The notes: generated by a model from the sequence alone, not told the origin. A DNA stretch of 63,138 nucleotides, filler included, from Octopus bimaculoides (GCF_001194135.2; 6 parts of 6 records of this genome joined end to end with filler, not necessarily neighbours in it), one strand, 5' to 3'; numbered from the whole stretch's first letter, positions 24,276 to 38,307 are shown. Program-made: numbers and translations.

Positions 24276-26084
24276 CTAACTCACAAAGAGTCATCAGTCT
24301 CGCAAGGCACTGTATAAGGCCCGGAGAGGAGACTAAGCAAATATCCAATCAGACTTGCTCGTTGTTATCCAATAGATAGAAAAACACAATATGCAGCTAC
24401 AAGCAGATCATCTGTGCATGTTGTTCACCTTGGAATGGCAGAAATGTTTTTCTTGGATCTGAGAGACTACCATTAATTAATAAACATCCAACTATCTTAT
24501 GGTTTTCAAAATAACTACAGAATATCCGTGGGTACTGTTGCTAGTAATGCTTCTCTTTTATCAGCTATAAGCTCTTTAAAATGTGTTAATAAAAAAGGTA
24601 ACAAAAAGAAGGAAAAAGATTAATGTAAATTTTAAACTATTGAAATAACAACATAGCAACAGAATATTGTCTTGTTTTATGTATTTTATCAAAAAACACC
24701 TCCATTCAGTGGTCCAAATCACTTGACAACATATATCCCATGCCAATTTGGTTACATTTACTTACCTTCCATAGAATCTATTTTGGGGTGATGCCTGAGA
24801 TTTCAATATTTTGTAATTTTCTTAACCATTTTAATAACAAATCCACCTAAGATTGCCTCTGGTTCTATGATATAAACTTCCCGTTTAAAGTAATCTAAAT
24901 GAGATCTTTCATGTTAAACATCACTTTAATGATAACAAAGTTATTTTATTAAATTCTTTGTTAAGTTCAAACTTAATTGAAACAAAGGCCATTGTATTTC
25001 AACAGAAATAAGTTAAGAAAAGGCTTAAACATTATTTTAAAATATGAATGTCCTGTGGATCATAATTCTCTCTGTTTCAAATTTTGTCAATGCAATTTCA
25101 TTAGCTGCAACCAAGGCATACTACCTGAATGCATAACTTACTGTTTCTGGAATTTCACTATATTTTGAACACTATCATTCAAATGTTATACAAAGTCTTA
25201 AGAGTCTGCACAAATAAAGTGAGCTCGCCAGTAAGCAGTCCAAGCCTTTTGTTGACCCAACCCAAGAGGGGCCTAACACAACACACTCATTTTGCAGCTT
25301 AAAGGTACTAATGTGTATAAAATATGTGAGCCAATTTAAAAAAAAAAAACAACTGTACTCCAATTCTCAAATAAATTTGACTCCCTTCCACAATATTACA
25401 ATTTACTATTGGAAAGTCATCCTAAATTTCAATGTTACAAAACTTCTAAGCAATATTTTTCCTCATCTATGAATGTATTTTAACTTTCATCTTAGAACAC
25501 AAAAGCTTCTTTGAATTGAAATCAATCCATATAAAATTTTCAAAAGTTTATACTTAGGAAATATTTAAAAAATGAGTTCATCAGTTTAAGAACTACCAAC
25601 CTGCGACTACTTGTATAAAATAGAATCAGCATAATGATCAATATGAAAACCAACACCACAATGACCGCGATAAAAATTATGAAATTCTTTTCATTGTTGT
25701 CAACAATTACAGGTGGTTCAGATTCCTAGAAGAGCAAGAAATATCAATCAATAATGATTTTTTACAGAAAAATAAACATAAACATAAAAATCACATAAGA
25801 GTGATATCAATAATTAAACAATAATTTCTAACTGAGGCAGAGATTCAGCAATTTGTTGGATGGGGATTAGTTGATTAAACTGATCCTTGTACTTCATTGG
25901 TACTTAACTGATACTTTATTACATTGCCTCAATGTAATAAAGGTAGTTTGGACAAGATTTGACTTCAGAATGTAAAGAACCAATGCAAACACCACAAGGA
26001 TTTTGTCTCTGACACTGTAATGATTTTGACAATCAACTGCCCTAACAAGAACAACAGAGGCAACAACAACAAAAACAACAGCAA

Positions 26085-26335
26085 CAACCTGTAAAGATTA
26101 CGACTGTGGTAATTGGTGCATTAGAGACTGCAAATGAATAAAAAAGACTGGAATGGAATCTCCTGCAGAGATTCTATGGAAGATTTGTCTCTTAGGAGCA
26201 GGGACGTTCATTAGAAGGGTTTTGAACATTTCATGTGGATATCTAAAATTACAGGTAGTAACATGCAACCTATGTAAATTCTACCAGGAATTAGATTCAT
26301 TCTGAGTCAAAACGATAATAATAATTATGATGATT
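26085..26335 (+). mobile_element. Short R4/Dong 3-prime remnant
   Basis: VVIGALE...KICLLGAGTFIRRVLN resembles the RLE C-terminus and is followed by a short AAT tract. Confidence 0.55.
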
Positions 26336-26399
26336 TCTTTTATTTGCCACCAGAGTGAATGATGAAGGGGACAATACAAAGACAGACATAAGGTGTGGG

Positions 26400-27190
26400 G
26401 GTTTACATATAAGGGAATGTAAAAAAAAAAATTAAAGGAAAAGTATACATGGTATACATTAAAAAAGGGAAATATACATAGTATATAGCACTAAGAAGAA
26501 GAAAGAATAAAAAAAAGAAAAGTGCAGTATGCAGTCCTTCTGTATCAGGAGGACCTCTAGGAATAATCAAGGAACCCCACCATCCAAGATCACCCTGAAT
26601 ACCAAGGACAAGTGCTCTTTCCCACTCCTTTCCTCCAACTCACTGGTCTACACTTTGAGCAGTACCATCCACTCTTGTAATTTTTCTAACTTTCACCCAC
26701 CTTTTGATAAATTCACTTGAGGACAGCACCTCCCTCTCAACCCCCAATTTCCTTTTCAAGTGAAACTTGAAACAGTTGAGGGTTTTACCAAAGAAGAATG
26801 AATTTGTCCTCATTCCTTTCAGCCTCATCCACCAAACAACTGCTTTTGCTACAGCCAACAGGCAAAGGAAAAATGCCTTGACTGTCCAATTAAAAGTGGG
26901 CAGCAGGGCAATCATCACTATGGACTCAGACGACAGACAGATTCATCCCACACGACAGCAGTTGTTTGACATAACTCCACATGTCAGCAATGCCCAGACA
27001 CTGAACGAGTGCATGAAGAATGGTTTTGTTGCTCTGTGTGCACCTCAGACAAGACCGTCTGACAGCACATCCATGCCTGTCGAGTTTATCTCAAACTAGT
27101 AGCCCACCCACTTCCTGGTAGTATTACCAGGCCCAAAACATCTGGAAATAGTCCCCGACCAGTTCATTTTCATCAATGCCTAGGGCCTCC
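26400..27190 (-). mobile_element. L1/Tx1-clade LINE 3-prime fragment
   Basis: CCHC knuckle CLRCTQSNKTILHALVQCLGIADMWSYVKQLL, then LAVAKAVVWWMRLKG...FKFHLKRKLGVEREVLSSSEFIKRW, and a T-rich 3-prime end. Confidence 0.7.
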
Positions 27191-27409
27191 CAATTTGTTT
27201 CAGTCATTAGACTGCAGCCATGCTAGGGCACCACTTTGAAAAATTTTTAGTTGAATGAGTTGATTCCGGTACTTATTCTTTTTGCTAAGCCTTGTACTTA
27301 TTCTATTGGTCTCTTTTGCTGAACTGCAAAGTTACAGGCTTGTAAAGGAAAACTGCCTTGCCTGCCTGATTAAAGGATGGCAGCAGGGCAATCGTCACTA
27401 TGGACTCAA

Positions 27410-29320
27410 CCATGACAGTGTGAAACGTGTAACACAAAAGGTTAATGAGATCCTGAAGTATATTTCAGTGAAAGCTTTATCAGTAACAATTGACTTGATT
27501 AGATCCACTTCAATTTTAGTAGGTGAACTGGTTGGAAAAAAAGAGAGGAAATCAGGCAGACATGAGGAGCCATGGTAGAAGCAGAAAATCAAAGGTATTA
27601 AATTCTTGCTTAAACATCTGAGTCACATGGAAGAATGGTCCAAAAGGCAATTGAAACATACTAAAGAAAGTGTGAGGAAATATCTTGAAACAACACCATG
27701 TTGAAAAGAAAGGGTTCAAAACTGTTATTGAAACCCTAAAACAATGTATTCTGGAAAAAACATCAAAACAGGTTATTCACAAATAACCAATGGAAGTTTC
27801 TTAAGAGTTTAGGTGAAGACACAGGAGATGAATTATCTCCTGAAGCAGAGAAAACCTGCCAGTTTTGTGATAACACCTGGGGGCAAGAAGTTTCCCACAA
27901 CCACAGTGCTGGGTGGATTAATTTCATGACATCTGAATTCCATCATCCTGAGGTTCCAGTGCAGGATCATGTATGCACAACAACAGAAAATATAATTAAC
28001 ATATGTATCAAAATTGCCAAACTAGAGAGCAGCAGGTGGAATCCAAGGCTAATGGCTCAAGTGGTTTAAGTCAACACACAAATGAACTGGTTTAGACAAT
28101 CGCCTATAGAGTGGTGCAGTTCTAGAATGGTTTGTAGAGAGGAAAACAACATTGTTGATGAAGGATCAATCAAAGGAAAATGAGGTTGGTGATTACTGAC
28201 TCGTTGCTTGTCTTAACCTTTTATGAAAATGTTAACAGGCATCCTTGAAAGGGAAAATATATACATTCCCTGTGGAAAATAATCTACTTCCAGTAAAACA
28301 AAAGGGATGCTCAAAAGAATCCAAGGGCACTAAGGACCAGCTTGTGATAGACAAGGTCAGAATGAAGAACTGAAAATCGTACCAAAAAAACTTGTGCATG
28401 GCCTGGATAGACTTTTAAAAAACTTACATGTTGCTGCATTCATGGATTCTGGAAACACTTGACATGTGTGGAGTAGCTGAGAACCTGCATGCACTGATCA
28501 AGAACAGCATGCCTAGTTGGAAAACATGTCTTTTCTGTAACAACCAGCACTTAGCCAATGTAACAATCAAAAAAGATATCTTCCAGTGAGATTATTGTTC
28601 ACCTTTGCTATTTGTTACAGCCTTGATCCCCCTTCCTATAGTTCTAAGCAAAGTGAACATGCACGATGTGCTGAGGAAGAATTGACTTCATCTCAGCTAC
28701 CTTCTCTTCATGGATGATTTAAAACTGTTTACAAAATCTGAGCATGAAATGGAGAAGCTGGTTGAGATTGTACAGATGTGCAGCAAAGAAATATGAATGG
28801 AATTGGGGATCTCAAAATGTGTGGTGCTCACTTTGTAATAGTGGGAAAGAGCAGAGTGTAAGGGCATAGAACTGCCAAATGGAGGGCAAATGGAAAACCT
28901 GGATGGTGATGGGTACCTTGGACATTATCTTGCACAGAGAAATGAAAGACAAGGTCACTACTACATATTTGAAGTGCTTCAAACTTTTCTTGGAGTCAAA
29001 ACTCAATGCAATGAACCTTGTGACTGCTGTCAATGTAGCAGTCCACTATAGTGCACCCATTCTGAAATGGAAGCAAGCAGAGATTGACCAACTCGGTCAC
29101 ACTACCTGAAAGATGAAGACAATGCATGGTGCCTTCTATCCTAAGGTGAACTTACACAGCCTATACATGAAGTGATGAAAAGGTGAATATGGCCTGATTG
29201 GCATATGGGAGTGCATCAACAGTGAAAGAAAAAATGTGGCAGAGTATTTGGTAAACAGCAAACAAGACCTGCTACAGTATGTTGCTAATGCAGAATGATT
29301 TACCAACAATGGAGTGATAA
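27410..29320 (+). mobile_element. Degenerate R4/Dong-clade LINE (N-terminal region and RT)
   Basis: TQKVNEILKYI..., EEPW, GKTTLLMKD, QKGCSKESKGTKDQLVIDK, AWIDF, HSWILETL, SPLLFV, LLFMDDLKLF, SKLNAMNLVTAVN. Ends at an AAT-like tract. Confidence 0.88.
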
Positions 29321-29599
29321 TGATAATAATAGTAATAATGATAAGAAAGGATAAAATGTCTGGTGTGTTGGGAAGCTGTAAAGATAAAAGTACACACAAA
29401 TACTGCCCTACCTCAGTTTATAAGAGACATGAGTTTACACAGAAACTCTAGTGATAACATAGTAAATGAGGCAGTGGTTCAAGAAAGAAGTGGACAAGTA
29501 AAGAGAACCACGTAGTGATGCAGTGCTTCCTGGCAAGTGAACCCAAAGTAAGGAGTTACAGAAAACATGTTACCATTTTGTGTTTTAAAAAGGGAGGGG

Positions 29600-32120
29600 G
29601 TGAAGTAACAGAGCAGATAGGCTAATACTATTAGGAGAAAAAAATTGATGACAGAATTGGAGGCAGAAGAGATCACAAGAGAACTAAAAAAGAGAGAACA
29701 AGAAATAGAACATAGGTAATACAGTTCAAGCCAAAGAAGAGCCTATAAGGAAAAAATTAATAGCACCACTGATTAACATGGGAAAATTGACAACAGCAAT
29801 TTAAGTGAGAAAGATCAGAAAATTTTAGATGAACTGAAGGAAGCAATTAGTAAAGAAGAAAGAAAAAGATTACCAGCATTAAAAGGTGTTAATAGAAGGA
29901 AATTATTTGATATTGCTAGGAAAGTAGATTCTGTTATCAGTCAGATACATACAAAAAATATAGATGACACTAACTTATTGGCATTGGCCTAGGAACTGAG
30001 GTGTGCAGGGGGTGCAAGCACATCAACTAAAATTTTTGTAGAGTGTAAAATCAAAATTTGCACCCCTACTTTTTCTTTGGTTTAAAAAACTGAGTAAAAC
30101 ATGATTTGTAAAAAGTAACTTGAATTAGGTTTCTTCTCAAAGAACAAAGAAGATAAATCAATAAATCAAAAAGCATGTCCTTATTTGTGAAACGTTTTGG
30201 GTTTGAGTTTGCATCCCCTAAGCAAATTTTGCTCCCAAGCCAGTGCTTATTGGTCTGTGCAAGAGGGGTAAAATTAGGAAAGAGCAGATGTGGGAAAACA
30301 GATTAGAAAATAAAGCGAAGACTTCAAGACAAGTTCTGAGTAGAATAGAAGCCTGGAAACAGGGCAAGTAAGGAAACACAAGATTTAAATCTTCTCTTGA
30401 GAAAAAATACTTAGTCAAAGAGAACAGATTTGGGATAGTCCTGAAAGCACTCAACAACATATTATAACAATAGCAGGTAAACCTTCCAGATATCAGAAAA
30501 GAATAGATAACAGATTGTTTGAGACAGGCAGAGGAGATTTTATTGCCAAATAAAAATAGTGTATAAGAAACTACTGAAGATGAGGTCCATACTGCAGAAG
30601 AAGCTAGAAAGTTCTGCAGTAATATTCGAGATAAGCCAGTCAATCATAATGGAGATGCAGTGTTGTTAAAGAAAGTGAGGGAAGAAGTAGTTAGAGAGAA
30701 GCAGCTAGATCTAAAACTAACCAGTGCATTAATGAGAAAAGTGTTAGGAAGAATGCAAAACTGGAAGGGCTCAGGACTAGATTTTGTTCAAGGATACTGG
30801 TTAGAGAAATTTAGTAGCTTACATGGGAGACTGAGGGAAGAACTTCAGGATTGCCTGAATGGCAAAGTTGTACCTAATTGGATGACTAGAAGGAGAAGAG
30901 TACTCCTAATAACAAAAAAAAGGGCTAGTAATATTTGACCAATCACTTGCTTAACATTGATGCGAAACCTATTTACAGGCATGCTCTCAGAAGCATTTAC
31001 AAGCACTTTGACAGCCAGAATTTACTGCCAGAAGAACAGAAAGGTTGCAGGAAGCAGGCTAGAGGAACACATAATCTATTATACATAGACAAAGCAGTTC
31101 TACAAGAAGTGAAATCTAGAAATAAAAATTTAACAATAACACGGATATTAGTCATAAAAAGGGGACAGATAGTCAGCAGTGAAAGAATTCAATTACCAGA
31201 TGGCCAGATATTAAAATCACTGAAAGAAAGAGCAAGTTATAAGTATCTAGAAGAGTTAGAATCTGACAGAGTACTAACTATAGAAATGAAGGTGAAAATT
31301 GAAGAGTACATCAGAAGGGTGAAGAAGTTAATGCAGTCAAAACTAAATGGCTCAAACCTGGTGAAAGCTGTAAGTACTTGGGCAGTATTACTACTTAGAT
31401 ATTCCAGTTGCTTTTATAGTTTGGACCAACTCTGAATTAGCAAATCTAGACAGAACTAGGAAAAAATTCAATATGAATGAAGGACTTCATCCAAGAGCAG
31501 GAGTAGCAAGGCTATATTTACCTAGAAAGGAAGGTGGTAAGGGTTTAATATCAATAGAAGACTGTGTGGAGTTAGCTAAAGTAAATATAGTCTCCTATGT
31601 AGGAAAGAGTGAGAAAATTTTATTAAGAGCTGCTAGAGTAAAAGTAAGTGTTAAGGAAACCAAAAAACTAAATGAGGTTAAAAACTAGAAAAAAGAAGCA
31701 ACATAATCTGACAGGCAAAAGAAGGCTTTGCATGGTAGGTTTCCAAAGACAGTGTCAGAAAATAGAAATAGTGAGACATGATTGTGGTTGCAGAAAGGAA
31801 GGCTGAAAATGGAGACAGAAAGTTTGTTAGCAGTAAAACAAGATAAAAGCCAAGATAGATAAAAAAAACCTGGTAGATTTCCCATGTAGGGTATGTAAAT
31901 CAAAATAGGAAAGTGTTACTCATATAGTAAATGAATGTAGCTTGCCTGCACAGAAAGAATACAGGAAAAGAAATGACAACCTAGGAAGAATAATCCATAG
32001 GGAGTTATATAGAAAGCTAGGATTTGACCATACTAATGTATGGTTATGAACATAAACTTAGTAAAGTGTTAGAAAATAGGATTTTAACATTCAGACTAAC
32101 GGAGTAATAAAATCTAAAAG
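29600..32120 (+). mobile_element. Second degenerate R4/Dong-clade LINE with an internal RT deletion
   Basis: LPALKGVNRRKL, NWKGSGLDFVQGYWL, LLPEEQKGCRKQARGTHNLLYIDK, YKYLEELESD, SKLNGSNLVKAVSTWAV, LHPRAGVARLYLPRKEGGKGL, LHGRF, and a C-terminal HIVNECS..AQKEYRKRNDNLGRIIH-like region. Confidence 0.88.
29982..30245. mobile_element. hAT-type MITE (264 bp) nested in the Dong copy
   Basis: Perfect 8-bp TSD CTTATTGG (29974-29981 and 30246-30253). Imperfect 15-bp TIRs CATTGGCCTAGGAAC / GCTCCCAAGCCAGTG. Confidence 0.85.
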
Positions 32121-33054
32121 GTGTGAAGGTAGTGGTGGTGGTGGTGGTGTTAGTGTTGGTGACGGTGAAAATGTTGATGATGTTGATGATTGTTTCTACT
32201 TTCAGCACAAGACCTGAAATTTGGCAGGAAGAAAACTGTCAATTTGTATATCAACCCCATCACCTGGCTGGAAGTTTATTTTATCTCCCTTGGAAGGATA
32301 AAAGGCAGAGTTGATCTCAACAAGAGTTGAACTTTTTCTGACAATTCATAATTTCAATATATTAATATAAAAGATTAAATTATTATTAAACAAGATGTTA
32401 CACAGAACTATTTAATGAAAAACCATATAATATTGTTAAATGAAACAATGTAAATCTATATATACTGGTGAAGAAGCTAATGAAGCATATAAAGTGATCT
32501 TTACACTAGTATATGTGATTATACCAGTTTGTAAATAACCAAATCAAGCATTAACATTGCTGAAGACAAGTATCTTTTAAAGAATAGATCTTATTTCCTG
32601 TGTTCCAAACAAAGCTTCTTGTTATCTATACGACCCCTGCATCCTGGTGAAAATATCTCCAATCTTTACAAGAGGAACACAAAACATTTACCATTCAAAA
32701 TCTGAAATCAGTTTCCTACCTTAACTTTTTCTACTGAGAAACTTCGAAACTTCTCTGCATTTAAAACTGTTTGCATATCAAGGATTCTATATATTAATGA
32801 AAAAAAAATCAAACATGAATTTAGTAGTTTCTTCATTTCTACATATTTTCTACATAAAGCAAAGTAAAATTCATTATATACTTATTCATATGCTGGAACT
32901 TCGTATAAATATATAAGTATCTTTTTATTGTCTTAGAAGGAACAGTTTGCCTTTAAGAAACAACACATGCATTGGTTCTATTCCATTTCTTTACTCAACT
33001 AGAGATTCAATTAACCAATAAACTAATTGGTTTTTTGAGACATCGTACAGTCAG

Positions 33055-33140
33055 TCAATCAATCAGCTGGTTTGTCAAAATCTTTTCATCACCATTTTCC
33101 ATCTCATCAAATTTGCTCCTTTCTCTCCAATGAGGTAGAC
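33055..33140 (-). CDS. Possible terminal coding exon of an unidentified gene
   Basis: cag| acceptor at 33143-33141, then (G)LPHWRERSKFDEMENGDEKILTNQLID*, with AATAAA about 130 nt downstream (32929-32924). Weak polypyrimidine tract, no homology recognised. Confidence 0.25.
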
Positions 33141-33381
33141 CTGAATTTTATTGATGAGACTGCATATAGGGATTAAAGTCCTTGGTGAAATAGAACCAGC
33201 GTGTGTAGTTCTTATTAGCAAAATGACCCCCACCAAAAAATACAAACAACATCTGTTTCAATATACAATTTTGCATCATGANNNNNNNNNNNNNNNNNNN
33301 NNNNNNNNNNNNNNNNNNNNNNNNNTTAATTAATTAANNNNNNNNNNNNNNNNNNNNNNNNNNNNNNNNNNNNNNNNNNNN

Positions 33382-33434
<53 letters not shown>

Positions 33435-33879
33435 GTGTGTGCATTCATGTATGCATCCTTTTATCCGTCTTTCCATCTTTCAAATTCACCCACTGGCTCA
33501 GGCGATATTAGAGGACATTTGCTAAAGGTGCCTTGCTGTGGAACTAAACCCGAAACTACATAGTAACAAGCAAGCTTCTTAACGACACAGTATATATTAC
33601 TTTTGTACCTTAAGTTCACACCAAGATGAAGTTTCTGATGATTTTTAAAAGGTTACTCTTTAAATATCTATCACAACATTGCTTCAATAAATAATACAGA
33701 GTAAATGGATGTTGAAATATATATCTAAACGGTATTTGTCAAGATCTTTTAAAGTTTCTTTCACTAAATAAAGAGTTATGGTATGCATTTTCTTGAAGTA
33801 TAGGAATAAAAAAACATTCAATGATGTTGAATAAAGCTTTTTTTTTTTACTATTGGCAAAAGGCTTGAAATTTTATGGG

Positions 33880-34030
33880 ATGGGAGGGGACTAGTTGATT
33901 ATATTTATCCCAGTGCCCAACTGGTATTTGCTTTACCGAGCTTGAAAGAACGAGAGGCAAAGTCGATCTCAGCGGAATTTGAAATGGCAGCTTAATGACG
34001 GAATAAATGTCGTGAATCGTTTTGTCCGGT
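33880..34030 (-). mobile_element. Family B SINE copy
   Basis: CCCAGTGCCCAACTGGTATTTG...GGCAAAGTCGATCTCAGCGGAATTTGAA. Confidence 0.6.
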
Positions 34031-35527
34031 GTATTAACTGTTCTAGCACTATACACATTATTAGGTTTGTCTTTCATGACCAGGTTATCAGCTTTATAGT
34101 TTCTGTGTCATGGAGTGTCTTACCAGGCCAATTTTGTCGTGAAATTTACGGTTACAATAGGGGCACGTAATAGCAAGTTCTAGACTTTAAAAAAAAAAAG
34201 CAAAAATAAAAAAAAAAACTAGAGACGATTTGTTCGATTAATACCGCATGGTGTTGCCTCAATTTGGGCGCAGTCCAATGACTGCAACGAGTAAAAGATA
34301 CATAAAAGAAGTTTCTCCACACACACAAACACACGTATGAATGCACACACATGTAATACACGTGCATACAATATATGCATATATATATATATATATANNN
34401 NNNNNNNNNNNNNNNNNNNNNNNNNNNNNNNNNNNNNNNNNNNNNNNNNNNNNNNNNNNNNNNNNNNNNNNNNNNNNNNNNNNNNNNNNNNNNNNNNNNN
34501 NNNNNNNNNNNNNNNNNNNNNNNNNNNNNNNNNNNNNNNNNNNNNNNNNNNNNNNNNNNNNNNNNNNNNNNNNNNNNNNNNNNNNNNNNNNNNNNNNNNN
34601 NNNNNNNNNNNNNNNNNNNNNNNNNNNNNNNNNNNNNNNNNNNNNNNNNNNNNNNNNNNNNNNNNNNNNNNNNNNNNNNNNNNNNNNNNNNNNNNNNNNN
34701 NNNNNNNNNNNNNNNNNNNNNNNNNNNNNNNNNNNNNNNNNNNNNNNNNNNNNNNNNNNNNNNNNNNNNNNNNNNNNNNNNNNNNNNNNNNNNNNNNNNN
34801 NNNNNNNNNNNNNNNNNNNNNNNNNNNNNNNNNNNNNNNNNNNNNNNNNNNNNNNNNNNNNNNNNNNNNNNNNNNNNNNNNNNNNNNNNNNNNNNNNNNN
34901 NNNNNNNNNNNNNNNNNNNNNNNNNNTATATATATTTATATATATATATATATATATACATACATATATATACGTATATGTATGAATATCTGTACGGGTA
35001 TTAACGCCCTTAAAAATGTGAAATAAATAACCTTCAGGCAACAAAATATCTAATCATTCTAAAGATGTAGTTATCTGTTTATGATATATTTGTGGCGAGA
35101 CAAACAGTTCCTGAAAGACATACACAAACACGCGCGCGCACATACATACACGTACGCATACACACATACATCCACATACACACACACATACCAACGCACA
35201 CACATACGTAGATACATACATGCATGCATACATGCATACATACATAGATACATACATACATACATACATACATACAAATAAAGGGAGGTAAGAATGGAGA
35301 GTGTGTATCAACAATTAACTAAACAGACAATCACATAATTTACATCGTAACATATTATATAACATATATGTGTGTTTATGCGCGTGTTTTTGTGTGGTTG
35401 TGTATGCGTCTGTAGTTACGTATACATGTAAACACACACACACACACAGATAGATATATGTATTATTCGTATATATGCATGCATTTACGCATACACATTC
35501 ATGTATGGTCATATACGTACATGCATA

Positions 35528-35584
<57 letters not shown>

Positions 35585-35930
35585 CACACATACATATATA
35601 CTATATATATGTATATATATATATATATANNNNNNNNNNNNNNNNNNNNNNNNNNNNNNNNNNNNNNNNNNNNNNNNNNNNNNNNNNNNNNNNNNNNNNN
35701 NNNNNNNNNNNNNNNNNNNNNNNNNNNNNNNNNNNNNNNNNNNNNNNNNNNNNNNNNNNNNNNNNNNNNNNNNNNNNNNNNNNNNNNNNNNNNNNNNNNN
35801 NNNNNNNNNNNNNNNNNNNNNNNNNNNNNNNNNNNNNNNNNNNNNNNNNNNNNNNNNNNNNNNNNNNNNNNNNNNNNNNNNNNNNNNNNNNNNNNNNNNN
35901 NNNNNNNNNNNNNNNNNNNNNNNNNNNNNN

Positions 35931-35967
<37 letters not shown>

Positions 35968-36289
35968 ATATATGTATATATATATATGTGTGTGTTATCG
36001 TATGAAATACATTCGTGGTTAATAAAAACAGATAAGACAAGCTGAGTTTTCCGTAAATTATTGCATAAAAAGCAAGACAAGCTCGGCCCAAGTTTCACAC
36101 ATTCTCTATCAAAGGCGTGAAATCTTGTTCTTTGACAGAAATCATTTGATTGCAATAAGGCCCAGAAGTCTCTCCTTCTATAATTCAAATTGTGTAAGAT
36201 AACAGTAATGTAGTTCAACCTACCATGTTTTCAACGGTTATTTATTTTTTAACTGTTTTATTTATCTGTATTTTTGTAGTTAAGAAACT

Positions 36290-36660
36290 AGCTTTGGAAC
36301 CCTGTGATTTCGTGTTCAGTCCCACTACGAGACACCTTAGCCAAGTGTCTTCTACTATAGCCCTGGGGTCGGGACCAATGCCTTGTGAGTAAATGTGGCG
36401 ATAAGTAACTGTGTGGAAATTTATCGTTTATGTACGCGCGCGTGTCTTTATGTTTGTGTTTGCCACCCTTACAGCCCGAAAGCCCTATGTTGTTGGTTTG
36501 TTTACATCCCCATAATTTAGCGTTTCTGTAAAGGAGAACGATAGAATAAGTACGCGACTTAGAAAAACAAAAGTACCGGGCTTGAGTTGTTTGTCTAAAA
36601 CTTTTCAAAGCAATGCCCCATTATGTCCACATTCCAGTGACTGAAACAGGTAAATGTATT
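36290..36660 (+). mobile_element. Older near-full-length family A SINE
   Basis: Head, central domain, short internal repeat and tail are all recognisable but diverged. Confidence 0.65.
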
Positions 36661-37466
36661 AAAAGGAAAGGTAAAAATTTCGATGCTTGATTGGATTTTG
36701 TTATTCTTGAACGGAAATCATGGGAGCTTCAGAGAGTCATATTTGCACATTGGAACATGTAAAACGCTTAATTCTAATATGCACGTATACTCAACCATCA
36801 ATGGAAATTGTTAAAAAAAAAAGGCCGACATCAAAGCAATATTCAGTATGTTTTAGCTGATAAAATATCGTGTTACAATATGTTATGTAATTTATATGAT
36901 ATGAGAAAAAAAATCAACAGCTCTAAAAAAATTTATCTGCTTGAGTAGAGTCATATTCTTCAACCTGCCAGAAATATTAGCTAAATCTTCCTGTCATCTT
37001 TAAAAATTATGCATCGGATAATGTAGTCTTTGATAATTAAAAAAGACGTGCTGGTTACGGCTGGATGCCCTCTGATCAAAGGCCTACTTAAACTAGGATT
37101 AACGTAGCACTAAAAAGCAAAAATGGCAGCAGTAATAGCGACAATATTAGCAATAATAAAACAGCCTAATATTTGATATCCTGAAACGATTGGAGAATGC
37201 CGAGTCTACGAAGAAAGTTAGTAAGCATAGTGGTGTTCTTGTGATCATGCTAGTAACAACAGATCGTAGTGTCTATAAGCAGGCTTGCAGCAAAGCATTG
37301 TGTCTACGAAAAGGCTCACCAGCACTGTGAAGTATTTATTAACGAACTCACAAAAGTACTGTGTTGTGTCAGTGACCAAGCTCATAAATTTAGGCGTTAG
37401 AAAGATTACGTGAATAAACAGCAAAACCTTTCATAAAAAATTGTTATTATTATTATTTACATACAT

Positions 37467-38010
37467 TAAGGCGGCGAGCTAATAGACTCGTTTGTATGCA
37501 GGATGAAAGAATTATTGAGCAGCATGTCTTCTGGCTTTAAGTTTTGAGTTCAAATGCCACCGGGGTCGACTATGCCTTTCATACTTTCGGGGTCGATGAA
37601 ATAAGTATCAGCATTTCGCTCCTCTTTCCAGTCTGAGTCCAAATACCGTCAAGGTCGAATTTGCCTTTCATCCTTTCACGGTCTATAAGATAAGTACCAT
37701 TTGAATATTAGGGCCGATATAATCGACTAGCCTCCGTCCCCTGAACTTGCTGGCCTTGTGCCAAAATTTGGAGTCTTTATTTGTATACATCAAGGCTGTG
37801 AACTGGCGGAATCCTTCCAACATCGGGAAAAAATGCTTTGCAGTATTTCTTCCGGTTCATTACATTCTGAGTTCGAATTCTGCCAAAGTTAAGTTTGTCT
37901 TTCATTCGTCCGGGGTCGATGAAATGCAATACAAGTCAAGTAAGTGGAGCAATAACGACGAACTCTATTCCATCAAAACTGCATGCCACGTGTCAAAATT
38001 TGAAACGATT
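37467..38010 (+). mobile_element. Cluster of three family B SINE pieces
   Basis: Repeated GAGTTCAAAT...GGTCGA..TTGCCTTTCATCCTTTCGGGGTCGAT..AATAAGTA motifs. Confidence 0.7.
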
Positions 38011-38223
38011 GTTATTTTCATACATTAAGAGAAATTTAGTCAAGTTTTTTTTTTATATATCTAGAGAAGTACTAAAGTTTAGGGCTTTCTAGGGAAATTC
38101 TGAACAAAAGCTCCGTTTTCTTGCAGTGTAATTAAATGGAGCAGATTCAACGGAGTAATGAAACTTCTCCACCGTCTCAGCAACTCAAACGATCCCTATA
38201 CTAGAATGCTGTTCATTTTTGCA

Positions 38224-38224
38224 C

Positions 38225-38304
<80 letters not shown>
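38224..38304 (+). repeat. (AAT)n microsatellite
   Basis: About 27 units. Confidence 0.95.

Positions 38305-38307
<3 letters not shown>

Noticed and set aside
24340-24375. Two CCAAT boxes as a promoter
   Set aside because: Short motifs beside a retroposon end, with no downstream exon or CpG-rich context.
24766-24794. 29-nt minus-strand exon with a GTAAGT donor
   Set aside because: No polypyrimidine tract, longer versions contain stops, and the upstream sequence is a decayed MITE.
25145-25295. Possible exon, H/ACA snoRNA or pre-miRNA
   Set aside because: All three minus frames have stops before the donor. The hairpin is loose and no clear H box was found.
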